A stretch of DNA of 64,000 nucleotides from positions 42,608-106,607 of the forward strand of contig JACRDU010000094.1 in the NCBI GenBank assembly GCA_016218495.1, written 5' to 3'. The notes beneath the pieces are model-generated. The model saw only the letters and a program-made list of their open reading frames with translations, was not told where the DNA came from and did not search any database. This document shows positions 8,729 through 21,200 of this stretch, piece after piece. Every line of letters starts with the position of its first letter. Position 1 is the first letter of the stretch. Source of the stretch: Elusimicrobiota bacterium. GTDB lineage: Bacteria > Elusimicrobiota > Elusimicrobia > UBA1565. The position numbers and the translations under genes are program-made.

Positions 8729-9808
8729 ATGGCCGCCGTCCTGGACGAAGAGACGCTTCTCCTGGGCTTCCTCTCCCGCGTCAGCGCCTGCGCCGTCGTC
8801 GTCGTCGGGGAGGACGGGGCGATCGCGACGGTCAACCGGCGCACGGAGGCCCTCTTCGGCTACGAATCCGACGAGCTCCTCGGCAAGCCGGTCGAGGTCC
8901 TCATCCCCGAGGCGCAGCGGGGAGGCCACGCGCGCCAGCGCGACGCCTTCCGCGCCGAGGCCAGGCCGCGCCCGATGGGGACCGGCCGCGACCTGACAGG
9001 GCGCCGCAAGGACGGCTCGCAGGTGCCCGTCGAGATCGCCCTCGACCCCTTCACGGCGGACGGCAAGCGCTTCGTCGCGGCCTACATCCTCGACATCTCC
9101 CGCCGCCGCAACCTGGAGGCCGGCAAGGACGAGGCCGTCTCCCTGGCCAGCCACGAGATCCGCGCCCCCATCACCTCCATCGGCCTGGCCCTGTCGATGA
9201 TGTCCAAGGACATGGCCGACCAGGTCCCCGAGAACCTGCGCCGCATCCTAGCCATCGCCGACCGCGAGTGCCGCCGCCTGCGCCGGCTCGTCGACGACTA
9301 CCTGAACCTCACCAAGCTCGAGGCGGGCGGGGTGCCGTTCGACATGCGCCGCCTGATGCTCGGCCCCGTCGTGCGCCGGGCCGTGGAGGCCGCCGGCGCG
9401 CTGGGCGCCCCGCGCGGCGTGCGCCTGACATTCGACGACCGCGCCCCCGGCGCCGCCGCCTTCATCGACGCCGACCGCCTCGTGCAGGCCGTCACCAACC
9501 TGCTCTCCAACGCGGTCAAGTTCTCCCCGCGGGACGCGACGGTGTCGGTGGCGCTCGAGGAGCGGGGCGCCGTGCTGCGCGTATCGGTCGCCGACCAAGG
9601 GCCTGGCATCCCGGCCGAGTTCCGCCCCCGCATCTTCTCGAAGTTCGCCCAAGCGCAGGGGACGGCGCCCGCCGACCCGCGCGAGAAGGGCACCGGCCTG
9701 GGGCTGAGCCTGGTCAAGGCCGTGGCGGAACGCCTGGGCGGGCGGGCCGGCTTCGACAGCGAGCCCGGGAAGGGCTCGACGTTCTACATCGAGCTTCCTA
9801 AGGCCTGA
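8729..9808 (+). CDS. PAS-domain sensor histidine kinase.
   Basis: N-terminal PAS-like domain (…VNRRTEALFGYESDELLGKPVEVLIPE…). HisKA H-box SHEIRAPITSI. HATPase_c motifs (N-box LLSNAVKFS, G-boxes DQGPGIP / GTGLGLSLVK). Confidence 0.85.
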   Translation: MAAVLDEETLLLGFLSRVSACAVVVVGEDGAIATVNRRTEALFGYESDELLGKPVEVLIPEAQRGGHARQRDAFRAEARPRPMGTGRDLTGRRKDGSQVPVEIALDPFTADGKRFVAAYILDISRRRNLEAGKDEAVSLASHEIRAPITSIGLALSMMSKDMADQVPENLRRILAIADRECRRLRRLVDDYLNLTKLEAGGVPFDMRRLMLGPVVRRAVEAAGALGAPRGVRLTFDDRAPGAAAFIDADRLVQAVTNLLSNAVKFSPRDATVSVALEERGAVLRVSVADQGPGIPAEFRPRIFSKFAQAQGTAPADPREKGTGLGLSLVKAVAERLGGRAGFDSEPGKGSTFYIELPKA

Positions 9809-10853
9809 GCGACCCCGTAGCCAGGTCGGCTTCGTAGCGCTGCGCCGGGAGGGCCCCGGCCGGGAAGTCGGCGTTGAGCAGCACGGAGAGGGCCGGGGTG
9901 AGCAGGTCCCTACGGCTCAGCTCGACCTCGTAGGTCCGCCCCCCCAGCAGACGGGCCGAAGACGCGGCCGGGAAGACCGCGTCGAAGCCTCCCCGGTCGG
10001 CGAAGACGCGCCTCAAGAACTTGTCGGCCTTGCGCTTGGACCAGCGCTGCCGGTCCACCAGCGCGGCGCGCAGGGCCGCCGCGCGCCGCGCGGCCCCGCA
10101 GTCGACGAGCTCCTGCGGCGTGCGCGCCGGACCGCCCTCGCCGTCCAGGGCCTCCTCGAGGGTGCGCGGACAGCGCTCCGGGGACGGAGCGGTGAGCAGG
10201 AAGCCCCGGACGAGCTCCACGGCGGCTTGGCCGTCGGCCGGGTCCGGAGCCGGGGCGGGCGGCGGGGGTAAGACGAAGGCGACGGGTTTGGGCGCCGGCG
10301 GCCTGGCCGGAGCCGGCGCGGGGACCGGCCGGGAGGGCGTCGCCGCGGGGATAGGCGGAGCGGTCGGCGTTACCGGGGCGACCGGGGCCTCGGGCGCCGG
10401 TCGCCCGCCGCGCCAGGCCAACCCCAGCGCCGCCAGGCCGACCAGCCCCGCCACGGCGGCCACGGAGTAAATCGCCCCCCGGATGCCCTTGAGGGCCGCC
10501 TCGGCCGCCTCGAGCCGGGCCCCCAGGCGGGCCAACTCGTCGCGGGCTCCTTCCATGGCCGCGCGTTGGGCTACGACGCTCTCCACGACCTCGAGCTTGA
10601 GCGACAGCGCGTCGCGCTCGTTGGCCCGCCGGGCCGCCGTATAGGCGTCCAGGGCGGCGGCGGAGCGGGCCTGGCTGGCGCCGCGGTCCCTGGTGTCCAT
10701 CAGCACGGCCAGGAGCGGGACCTCCCCCGCCTCCGTCCAACGCGAGTTGTCCGAGTCGAAGCGTTCCTGCGCCTGGACCAGGGTCCCGCGGCCGAAGTCG
10801 GGCAAAGACAGCAGAGTCTCCGCCTCCAGGGGGCCGCAGACGCGCTTGTCCAT
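9798..10853 (-). CDS. Membrane-anchored protein with an N-terminal DUF4339 (GYF-like) domain, one TM, a Pro-rich linker and a C-terminal domain of unknown function.
   Basis: The start is re-derived at MDKRVCGPLEAETLLSLPDFGRGTLVQAQ…W…AGEVPLL (DUF4339-like pattern). TM IYSVAAVAGLVGLAALGLAW, then PAPEAPVAPVTPTAPPIP… It lies 15 nt downstream of the PorV-like gene. The 5' extension of ORF 9798..11279 overlaps that gene in another frame and is rejected. Confidence 0.55.
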   Translation of the reverse strand: MDKRVCGPLEAETLLSLPDFGRGTLVQAQERFDSDNSRWTEAGEVPLLAVLMDTRDRGASQARSAAALDAYTAARRANERDALSLKLEVVESVVAQRAAMEGARDELARLGARLEAAEAALKGIRGAIYSVAAVAGLVGLAALGLAWRGGRPAPEAPVAPVTPTAPPIPAATPSRPVPAPAPARPPAPKPVAFVLPPPPAPAPDPADGQAAVELVRGFLLTAPSPERCPRTLEEALDGEGGPARTPQELVDCGAARRAAALRAALVDRQRWSKRKADKFLRRVFADRGGFDAVFPAASSARLLGGRTYEVELSRRDLLTPALSVLLNADFPAGALPAQRYEADLATGSLRP

Positions 10854-10867
10854 CAGGGCGTAGTACT

Positions 10868-12253
10868 TCACGGGGTTAGGATGCCCGGGCCCTGTTTCAG
10901 ACGCAAGGCCTCGATCAGCTGCCGGCGCTGCGCGTCGGTGGGATGGGCCTCGAACGCCGCGCGCAGCTGCGCCTCGGCCTCCGTCCCGCGGCCTTCGGCG
11001 GCGAGGCAGCGGGCCAACCCGAGGCGGGCGTCGACGACGTCGGGGCCGTTGGAGCCGTCCGCCTCGGCCGCCGCCAGCGCGGCCTCGAAGTCGGCGCGGG
11101 CCGTCCCCAGGTCGCTGCGCACCGCGGCCAGGCGCCCGCGCAGGACCAGCCAGCGCGTGCGTTGGCCCGGCTGCCCGGCTTGGAGGAGCGGCTCGGCCTC
11201 CTGGAGGTGGCGCGCCGCCGCGTCCAGGTCCCCGCCCATCAGCGCGGCTTCGGCCTTGCCCAGGTGCGAGGTCAGCCACAGATGGCGCGACACCTCGGGC
11301 ATCGGCGCCCGCCCGGCGTCGGGGGGCGCAGGCGCCTTAGGCTCCGCCCCGGCCGAGGGCCCCCAGCGCAGGGCCGCGCTGACGCGGTGGGCGCTGCCCA
11401 GGTCGCCGAAGGAGACGAAGGCGTAGTCGAAGCGGAAGGCAGGGGCGACCCAGCCCACGCCGGCGCTCAGGCCCAGCCCGGCGTCGTTGCGCATGTCGTA
11501 GCCCAGGCGCAACGGCAGCCGACCCAGGGCCAGCGTCTCGAGGCCCACCGCCACGACGGGGTCCTCCAGGCGCTTCTTCGTCACGTCGAGCGCCAGCGTG
11601 GTCTGCTGGCCGCGCAGGCTGCGGGTATAGGCCCCGCCCAGGCGCAGCTGGGTGGGCAGCTTCTCGGAGGCGCGCTGGAACTTGACGTCCGGCCCCGCGT
11701 TGCGCAGCGCGGCGCCCAAAGCGGCCCCCGGCAGCGCCGCGGGCCGCCACAGCGCCCCGGCGTCGAAGGCCATCGTCTGAGCGGTGACCGCCTCGATGGA
11801 CTCGCGTATGTACTTCACGGCACCGCCGACGGCCCAGGTCCCGCCGAAGCGCCGGCCGTAGCCTCCCGACAGGGCCAGGTCGGAGATCCCGTAGCTGCCC
11901 AGGCCGGCGCCGGTCCGGTTGGCGATGGTCGTCTTCGGGACGTCGCCGAAGCTCAGGTAGTTGAGCTGGGCCCCCCAGCCCCGGCGCGCGGCGAACGAGG
12001 CGTATTCCTGGCTCACGCCCTCGAAGTACTGGTTGTGCATGAAGACGGCCTCGTTGCGCTCCACGAAGCCCAGCCCGCCCGGGTTGTAGAGCAGGGCGTT
12101 GGCGTCCGAGGCCAGCGCGGTGTAGGCTCCACCGAGCGACACCGGCCGCGCGTCGGCGTCGAGCGAGAGGAACTCGAAGGGGTGCGCGCCCGGCCCGGCC
12201 TGGGCGGGGAGGGCCAGCAGCAGGGCCAGCGCGCAGGCCGCGAGGCGCCTCAT
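10868..12253 (-). CDS. PorV-like (T9SS shuttle / UPF0164-FadL-like) outer-membrane beta-barrel protein with a C-terminal TPR-like helical domain.
   Basis: ATG at 12253..12251 overlaps the TGA of the giant gene (ATGA). Signal peptide MRRLAACALALLLALPAQA. PorV-family N-terminal signature …RPVSLGGAYTALASDANALLYNPGGLGFV…, then beta-strand-rich sequence ending ~res 330. A helical, Ala/Leu-rich C-terminus follows (…GDLDAAARHLQEAEPLL…ARLGLARCLAAEGRGTEAEAQL…). Confidence 0.65.
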   Translation of the reverse strand: MRRLAACALALLLALPAQAGPGAHPFEFLSLDADARPVSLGGAYTALASDANALLYNPGGLGFVERNEAVFMHNQYFEGVSQEYASFAARRGWGAQLNYLSFGDVPKTTIANRTGAGLGSYGISDLALSGGYGRRFGGTWAVGGAVKYIRESIEAVTAQTMAFDAGALWRPAALPGAALGAALRNAGPDVKFQRASEKLPTQLRLGGAYTRSLRGQQTTLALDVTKKRLEDPVVAVGLETLALGRLPLRLGYDMRNDAGLGLSAGVGWVAPAFRFDYAFVSFGDLGSAHRVSAALRWGPSAGAEPKAPAPPDAGRAPMPEVSRHLWLTSHLGKAEAALMGGDLDAAARHLQEAEPLLQAGQPGQRTRWLVLRGRLAAVRSDLGTARADFEAALAAAEADGSNGPDVVDARLGLARCLAAEGRGTEAEAQLRAAFEAHPTDAQRRQLIEALRLKQGPGILTP

Positions 12254-15200
12254 CGGATGACCCCGATCTTCACCACGACGGGCTCCGCGCCCGGGCTCTT
12301 GATGACGGCGAAGTAGCCGCCCGACGCCACGTCCTCCCCGCTGGAGTTGCGCGCGTCCCACTGCACGGTGCCGGTACCCGAATCGGTGCCGAAGGAGGCC
12401 ACCTCGCTGCCGGTCAGGGTGTAGATGGTGATGCGCACCGAGGCCGGCAGGTTGTCGAAGAGGATGCCCGACAGTGGGTCGCCGCGGCTGAAGGCCCGGC
12501 CCTCGTCGGGGTTGCCCCCGCTGGGCTTGTACGGGTTCGGATAGACGGTCACCGAGGAGAGGTTCGCGGCCACGGCGCCAATCAGCGAGAAGAAGCTGAA
12601 GTGCGGGGTATGCCCCGTCACGGTGCGCGCCGTCTCGTCCACCGACGCCGAGAACTCCTTCTTCCACTTGCCCGAAGGGGCGTCGTAGGTGACGATGCTC
12701 AGGTTGGCGGCCCGCAGGGTCGTGCCGTCCACCACGCCGTCCCCGTCGCTGTCGGGGTAGTTGAAGACCAGGGCCGCCGTCTGCCCGCCGGCCAGCAGGC
12801 TCTGCCCGCTGCCCAGGTTCACCTCGAGCGTCGCCCCGATGGAGACCACATCGGCGGCGTGGGACGGCGCGCCGGCCGGGTTGACCTGGACGGTGACCAC
12901 CGTGGTCGAGGCGCTCACCGCGCCGGCCGGGATGAGCACCTTGGTGACCACCGCGCTGCCCGACTCGGCGGCCGCTATGGTGTTCGACACGGCGTTGTTG
13001 ACGGTCTGCTCCTTCTTGACCCGCCCCCCGCCCTGGTCGGTCTCGCGCACCTCGAAGTTGACCGGGTCGACCGACACGGAGACGAGGCCGGGCGAGGGGT
13101 CGGAGTTGGAGAAGACGTCCGTGGCCACGGCGCGCAGGTCGTACTCCGCCGGCGCCAGGCCGGTCACGTCCCAGTGCACGAAGTAGGGGTGGTCGGCGTC
13201 GGGGTTCGCGTGCTGGAGGTTCGCCGCCGGTATGGCCGTCCAGGCCGCGCCGCTGGAGGCCCGGTACTGGAACAGGACCTGGCGCGTGCGCTCCGGCTCG
13301 CCGCTGACCAGCTCCGCCATCACCAGCACGCGGTTGCCGCTGATGCGCTTGCCCGAGGCCGGCACCTTGATGGCGGCGCGCACCCCGGACAGCGAGCCCA
13401 GGGCCGGCGCCGCCGTCACCGCCCCCGGCCCGGCCTCCTCGCGCCCGCAGCGGTTGAGGGCCCGCAGTCCGAACTTGTAGACGACGCCGTTGGCTAGCGC
13501 CCCGGTCGTGTACGAGGTCGCCGACGCCCCGAGCGCGGCCAGCGGCGCCGCATAGTCGACCGTCCCCGTGCCGCTGTCGTAGTAGAGCCGGTAGCCGGTC
13601 AGGCCCGGGTCCGGGGAGGAGACCCAACTCAGGCGGATGACGCTGCCCGGCAGGCTCTCCGCGCTCAGCTCGCCGGCCCCCAACGGGGTGCTGGGCAAAG
13701 TGACGAACGACACCACGGCGTCGAAGGCGGTGAAGGCGCCGCCCAAGCCGCGGTTGCGCACCCGGTAGTAGTAGGTCGAACAGCCCTGCAGGCCGGCATC
13801 GGCGTGGACGGCGGTCGTCCCGGTGAAGACCGAGGCGTAGGAGGCCGAATCGCTCGAGCGCTGCACCTCGGCGAGGGTCCCGGCGGGGTTGCCGTTGAGC
13901 CCCCAGCTCAGGGTGGCGCTGGTCGCGGAAACGGCCGCGGCCGTGCCCGCCGGCGGCAGCGCGGGGGTGTAGACCGTGGCGGCGGCGGAGAGGGCCCCCG
14001 CCCGGGTCTCGGCCACCGCCGCTACGGCGAGGCCTACGGCCGAGTTCGGGGACAGCCCCGTCTGCACGAAGGCCGGCGCCGAAGGCGCGGCCAGCAGGGC
14101 GCCCGTGGCCGGAACGCGGGCCTGGTAGCCCTCGGCCCCGGCGACGGCGGCCCAGGTCCAGGAGACCGACGACGCCCCGAGCGCCGCCCCCGAGGGAGCG
14201 CCCGGCGCGCCCGGCGCGGCCCCGCCGAAGTCCCAGTTGCGGTTCCCGCCGGAATTGACGCTGTCGCCGGACGCGGCGCGGATGGGAATCCCGCCGGAGG
14301 CGTCGGAGTCCGAGACCTGGGCGCGGGAGACCGCCGCCGTGCCGGTGACCACGAGGTACCACGGGGACCCTGCCGTCGAGCTGCGCAGGCGCAAGCGCGG
14401 CGTCAGGCCGGGGGCGCCCAGGGACAGCGCGGCCACGGTCAGCGTGCTGCCGGCCTGCACGGTGACCGAGGACTGGGACGCCGCCTCCAGCGCGTTCAGG
14501 GCCGTGAAAGGCGAGAACCTCAGGCGCTGTTCGCCGGTGCCGGTCAGGCGCAGGGTGCCGGCGGGGAACTGCGCGGGACCTCCGGGCTCCAGCCAGTCCC
14601 CGCGCACGCGGTGGGTGAAGGCGCCTCCGTCGAAAGCCCCGGTCGTTATGGTGACGCCTCCGTTCAGCTCCAGCGGACCCAGCGCGCGCAGATAGGCGAT
14701 GCCGTTGGTTCCGAAACCGACCTCCAGGTTCTTGAAGGGGTTCCCCGCCAACGGGGCCACCGAGGCCCTGTTCGGCGCGCTCATCTGCATGAAGGTGACG
14801 GTGCTGGCCTGCGCGTTGAAGTACCCGCCGGTCTGGGTCCAGGCCCCGATGCGCAGGTTTCCGGCCCCGCCCAAGGTGAAGGTGCCCGCCAGCAGCGAGA
14901 AGGAATGCGCCTCGACCGTGGCCCCGTGGACGAAGGCCGCCCCGCTGGAGTTCGTCACCTCGACATGCGGGAGCTGGGGACGGCCGGTGCCCGTGACGAC
15001 TTGATAGCTGGACCCGTAGAATTCCAGCATGTCGCCTGCGCTGTAGGCGCAGCAATACGGGCTGTCGATGCGCATGTTCCCGCCCACGCGCACGCGCCCG
15101 TTCCCCCACTGGAACCGCCCGTACCCGCTCATCAGCACGTCGCCGGTCACGGTCACCGTGGCATTGGATATCTGGAAGACCCCGGTCGTGAGCTGGACCG

Positions 15201-18200
15201 TCCCGACGACGAGGCCCGTCGTCGCGACGACGGCGGGCCCGCCATATGACCCGCTCAGGGTCAAGCTGGAAAGGCTCAGCGGCAGGTCGAAGAAGGTGAA
15301 CTTCACCAGCGGGGTGGAGAAGACGACGGAGTCGCCCGACCTGGGAACCCGGTCGCCGACCCAGTTGGCGGCCTCGGAGGCATTGATGCTCGTCCCGCCC
15401 CCGTCCCAATAGCGCGTCGCGGGACCCTCCGACGTCCATGTCGAGGCCGACGCGGCGTACTCCGTCGCCGTTCCGACGGCATTGCGCGCGCGCACGCGGG
15501 CATAGTAGGTCGCCTCGGGGGTCAGCCCCGCGAATGAAGCCGAGAAAGCGTCCGCGCTCCAGGCGCCTGCCGTCTCCGCACCGAAGCCGGCCAGCGTCGA
15601 GACCGCGGCCTGGAACTGCGTGCCGGACGGGTTGCCCCCCGAGCCCCAGGAGAAGGTCAGGGAGGACGGGGACACCATGGTGAACGCGATGCCCGTCGGG
15701 ACGGCGGCGGCGGTGTAGGTCGAGGCCGTCACGGTCCCCGTCTCGGTGCCGGCCGCGTTGCGCGCCTTGGCGGTGAAGGTGTACTGCGTGTTCGGCGAGA
15801 GCCCCGTGAACTGGCGCGCCGTGCCGGGGTCGTAGGACTCGTGCGTGGCCAGGGTCGCGCCGTTCGTCCCGCCGACGACATAGGCCCGCCCGGCGATGAC
15901 GGCCCCGGCGGCCCGGCCGCGTGCCGTGGGCAAGCCGGTGCGCAGCGTCCAGGCGTCGGCGGACGGGTCGTACTCCTGCGTCACGCCGATGGGCCCCGCC
16001 GTGGCGGACCCCCCGAAGAGGTATATTTTCCCCCCGATGGCGGCGAAGGCCGGGTAGGAGACGGCGAAAGGGGCGCCCGACACCGTCGACCAGGAATCCA
16101 GCCCGGGGTCGTAGCGCATCCCGCTCGAGAGGGTGACGCCGTCGTAACCCGCCAGGGAATAGAGCCTACCCCCCACCTCGGCCGCCGCCATGGCATGGTT
16201 GATGCCGGGCAAAGAAGCCCGGGCCGACCAGGCCCCGGCGTCCGCGTCGAAGGCGCTGACCGCGGCGATGTAGCCCGACGCGCCCAGGCCCCCCAGGCCG
16301 ACGAGGCTGCGGCCCAGCACGGCCAGCCCCATGCCGGTGCGAGAGCTGGGCAAGGGTTGGAGCGAGGTCCAGGCGTTCGCGCCGGGGTCGTAGCGCCTGT
16401 TCCCCGACAGCAGCCCACCGGAGTTCTCGCCTCCGACGGCGTAGACGGCGCCGCCCAGCGCGACGGCGGCCAGCGCGTTGGCGGCCGCCGGCAGCGGCGC
16501 CTTCGTCGTCCAGGCGTCGGTGAACGGGTCGTATTCGGTGTTGGCCGTCACCGAAGCGGTGGTCCAGCCGCCCAGCGCGTAGAGCCGTCCATTCGCCGCG
16601 GCGGCGGCCAATGCGTAGCGCGCCGCCGGCAGCGGCGCCTTCACCGTCCACGCTTCGCCGTGCCAGCCCGCGTAGACGCCGTCCTTGGCGATGTTCGTGC
16701 CCGACAGACCCGCCCCGAGGTTCGTGAAGGCCGGCGTCGGCGAATAGGCCGCGACGACCAGGGTCGTGGTGGAGATTTCATCAAAGACGATGGCGGTCGG
16801 GGCCTGAATCAGCGTGATGGTCGAGCCCAGCGCGGTGTAGGGGCCGGAGGGCACGGTGGACACGCGGGCGTAGTAGCTGGTGTTGGCCGAAAGGCCTGAG
16901 AATGCCGCCGAGAGGTTCAGGGTCGCAGACGAAGTCAGCGTCCCCGAGAAGTCGGCCGCCGTCGCTACCTGGGCGGCGTACTGGGTTCCGACGGGGAAGG
17001 ATGAGCCCCAGTTGAGCGCCAAGCCCGTGACAGAAACGCCGCTGACCGGGGCCGAAGAGAGCGACCAGGCTGTGAGCACGCCGGTCCGCGTGCTCTGGAT
17101 GGCGTCGTAATCCGTGGTCACCCCCACGGCGTTTCGCGCCCGTACGCGGGCGTAGTATGTGGCGGACGCCAGAAGGCCGGTGAAGGTCGCGGACGTGGCC
17201 CCGGCCGTCCAGTCGCCCACGGCTTCCGAGGGGAATGCGCCCATAGTCGAGACCGAAGCCTGGAACTCGGTCCCCGCCGGGTTCCCGTTGGCGCCCCACG
17301 ACAGCGTCAGCGAAGACCCGCCGACCATCGCGATGGCCGAGCCCGTCGGGACGGCGGCGGCGGTGTAGGTCGAGGCCGTCACCGTCCCCGTCTCGGTACC
17401 GGCCGCGTTGCGCGCCTTGGCGGTGAAGGTGTACTGCGTGTTCGGGGACAGTCCCGTGAACTGCCGCGCCGTGCCGGGGTCGAACTCCTCGTTCGCCGCC
17501 AGCGCGGGCCCGTTCACGCCGCCGACCACGTACGCCCGGCCGGCGATGACGGCACCGGCGGCCCGGCCCCGGGTGGTGGGAAGGCTCGTGCGCAGAGCCC
17601 AGGCGTCGGCGGACGGGTCGTACTCCTGGGTCACGCCGATGGGCCCCGCTGTGGCCGAGCCCCCGAAGAGGTATATCTTCCCTCCGATGGCGGCGAAGGC
17701 CGGGTAGGAGACCGCGAACGGGGCCGACGACACCGCCGACCAGGAATCCAAGCCGGGGTCGTAGCGCGTCCCGCTCGAGAGGGTGACGCCGTCATAGCCC
17801 GCCAGCGAATAGAGCCTACCCCCGACCTCGGCCGCCGCCATCGCATGGTTGATGCGTGCCAGCGGCCCGCGCGAGCCCCAGGAGTCCGTCGCCGGGTCGT
17901 AGGCGTCCACCGCCGTGATGTAGCCGGACCCTCCCAGCCCTCCCAAGGAGTAGATCTTCCCACCGAGCACGGCCGCGCCCACCCCGGTCCGGGCGGACGG
18001 CAGGGCTGCCGCCGAACTCCAGGAGTTCGTCTGGGGGTCGTAGCGCTGATGGACCGACAGGAGCCCGCCCGAGTCCTCCCCCCCGACGGCGAATATCTTC
18101 CCTCCCAGGCTGACGGCGCCCAGCGCGTTCGAGGCGCTTGGCATAGCGGCCTTCGCCGTCCAGGCGTTCGCCTGCGGGTCGTACTCGGCATTGGTCGAGA

Positions 18201-21200
18201 GCGCCGACACGCCCCAGCCGCCCAAGGCATAGATGCGTCCGCCCGCGGCGGCGGCCGACAGCCCGTAGCGTGCCGACGCCATCGCGGTCTTGGCCGTCCA
18301 GGCCTCCCCGTGCCAACCCGCGTAGACGCCGTCCTTGGCGATGTTCGTGCCCGAAAGGCCGGCCCCTAGGTTCGTGAAGGCGGGCGTCGGGGAGTAGGCC
18401 GCGACGACAAGGGTCGTGGTGGAGATTTCATCAAAGACGATGGCGGTCGGGGCCTGGATCAGCGTGATGGTCGAGCCCAGCGCGGTGTAGGGGCCGGAGG
18501 GCACGGTGGACACGCGGGCGTAGTAGCTAGTGTTGGCCGAAAGGCCTGAGAATGCCGCCGAGAGGTTCAGGGTCGCAGACGAAGTCAGCGTCCCCGAGAA
18601 GTCGGAGGCGGTCGAGAGCTGGGCCGTGTATGGAGTCTCGGACGGGAAGCCTGAGGCCCAGTTCACGCTCACGCTGGTGCCGAAGACGCCGGTGAACTGG
18701 CCGGAGGAGATGGTGGGGGGGTACATCCAATCGACGCGGCCCGAGGGGTCGTTCTCGAAGCCGGGGCCCGACTTGGAGCCGCGATAGTCCCGCATGGTGA
18801 TGCGCGAGCCGGCGCCCAGCAGGCTGCCGTCGATGTTGACGCTGACGGCGGCCAGGAATTCCATCGCGGTGATGGTGGCCACATGCGTGCCGCCTTGGAA
18901 TTGGACTCCGGTGGAGGCCGTCACGGTCATCGACGCGATGCTCAGAGGCCCATTGGCGGTGGCGTCGACAAGCAGTCCGACCGCCAAGGCGTTCAAGGTA
19001 GTCGAAGCCAATGTGATGCCTACGCTCCCGCCTCTGAGCTGCACGGCCCGCCCGGAGCCTCCCGTGGCGTGGAAGGCGGTCCGCTCCGCCAGGGTGCCCG
19101 TTCCCGTGAAGATGTCGAGGGCGTCCGGGCCGGCGACATAAGAGTCGCGCAGGCTGATGCCGGAGGAACCCGCCACCATGAAGGCTGGCACCGAACCCGA
19201 GCCGGTGACGGTGCTGCGGGCGATGAGGGCCCGCTGGCCGAACTCGGCATAGACCCCGTAGCCCCCCCCCAGGAGCCAGGAATCGGACACCCATGTGTCC
19301 GGCGCTGAGTAGAGGTAGAACGCCTTGGAAGTCGGGCCGGAAGCCGCCGCCGTGCTCTTTGACAGGGTGTTGGAGCTGGCCGCGAAGCCGAAGGTGACGG
19401 CGTTGCCCGCCAAGCTGTAGAGATAAGAGCGCGAGATCGTGTTCGTCGAGGCGTTGTCTAGGTAGAGCGCCGAGAATCCCGCGCTTCGGGCCGTGACGGT
19501 CGAACGGTCGATCAGGTTGCCGTTGGCGTTGGCGCCCAGGAAGGCCGCATAGCCCGTCGTGTTGATGATCATGTTCAAGACGATGCTGTTGGAGGCCGCC
19601 GTCGTCATGTACAGCGCGTAGGCCGCCGGAGCGTCGGACAGCAGCGTGCTCTGCTGGATGGTGTTGGCGTTGGCGCCGTTGCTAAGGGCCATAGCCGTGC
19701 CGCTCGACGAATAGATGTAGCAGGATGTGATGCTGTTCGAGGAAGAGGCGTCAATCGACGCTCCTCCCCCCGTGCCGTAGGCGGCCAAAGTCGAGCCCTG
19801 TACCAGGTTCCCGTCCGAGAGGTCCGTCAGGCTGAGAGCGCTGCCTATGACGCTGCGCAGCACGCTGCCAGATACCGTGTTAAACGAGGAAGACTGGGCG
19901 ACGAAGGCTGAGAGATTCCCGGCGATTACGGTGGAGTCCTCGATTCGGTTCCAGTTCGCGCCGGCGATGAGGGTGGCGGCGATGCCCGTGGCGCTGTAGA
20001 TGTAAGCCCGCGAGACGGTGCTGTGGGTCACCCCCGCCATCGCCAGGCCGTATTCCGCGGTCCCCGTGGTCGTGATGGTGCTCTCTACCACGCTATGGTA
20101 GGAGCCGCCCATGGACAATCCCCGCCCCACCGAGGAACGCAGGAAGCTGCGGGCGATGGTGGTCGAGGAGCTCCCGGCGGATATCGAGGCCGCGTAGTTT
20201 CCAATGGCGCCGGCCGTCGCCGTGCTCCGGTCCATCACGGAATTGACGGCCCCGAGCATGACGGCCACGCCCGAGGTGTTGTGAGCCGAGCTTTCAAGGA
20301 TGGTGTTGTCCGGCCCGGAGAGCCAAAGGGTGTGGTTCGCCGCGGAGGCGTTGCTGAAGGTGCTGCGATAGAGGGTGTTGTGGTGGGCGCTGGCGCCGTT
20401 GAAGTAGACCGCTCGTCCCACGCCGACCGCCACGGTCGAGAACTCGACACGGCCGTAGGACTCCATGTCGATAGCGGCCACCACGACCTGGGTGCTCGAC
20501 TCGACAAGCACCCTTGAGACCGTCACATAGCCCGATGTGACCGCTATGCCCCAGTTGACCGCCGCGCTGGGGGCGATGCGCAGGGTTTCGATGCTGACGC
20601 TCGTGGCCTTGACCTGGAACGCCGCGGTGGAGGCGGCTGGCGGGTCGACGGTGGGGGGAGAGGACAGGGCGGTGTCGCCCAGGATGCGCAGGCGGTAACC
20701 GTTGGTCGCCTTGTTGGCGACCGTAACCTGTTCTTGATAGGTGGCGCTGTCGCGGATGACGACGCAGGTCTCGGCGCTCAGCGACGCCGGGACTGCCGCC
20801 AGCGCCGCGGTGAGCGTCGTAAAGGGGGCTCCGGCCTTGGCTACGTCGAGGCTCAGGGCGCAGCCGGGCGGCGCGGGGTACGCTGTCGTCCGAGTCGAGC
20901 CCAGGACGCCGTAGGCCGTCTCGACACCCACGGAATTGCGGGCCTGGACGCGGAAATACCAGGTCGTGAGCGCGGACAGAGAGGTCATCGTCGAGACGAG
21001 GGAAGTCTGCCAGGAGCCGGTCTGCGAGGAGGCTCCGGAATTGAAGTCGGAGGCCGTCGACAGATGAACGCGGAACTCGGTGCCGCCGGGGTTGCCGTTG
21101 GCCAGCCACTGCACGGCGACCGAGGTGGCGAAGACGCCGATGAAGGCGGGGGCGGCCGTGGAGGGGACGGCGGCCCAGGTGTAGGTCGAGAAGGCGGAAC

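Noticed and set aside
9910-10740. 276-aa and other Arg/Gly-rich ORFs opposite or overlapping the DUF4339 gene; similarly 36186..36917, 36872..37432 and 33541..34241 around the DnaJ, ldh and tdk genes.
   Set aside because: These are compositional artefacts of 70% GC. Each overlaps a better-supported gene with recognisable motifs.
10868-15439. 1523-aa minus-strand ORF.
   Set aside because: Only its last 461 aa (from MRRLAACALALL…, the PorV-like gene) are plausible. The first ~1060 aa are Arg/Gly-rich and lie in an alternate frame of the giant 12250..25332 gene, a typical high-GC shadow ORF.
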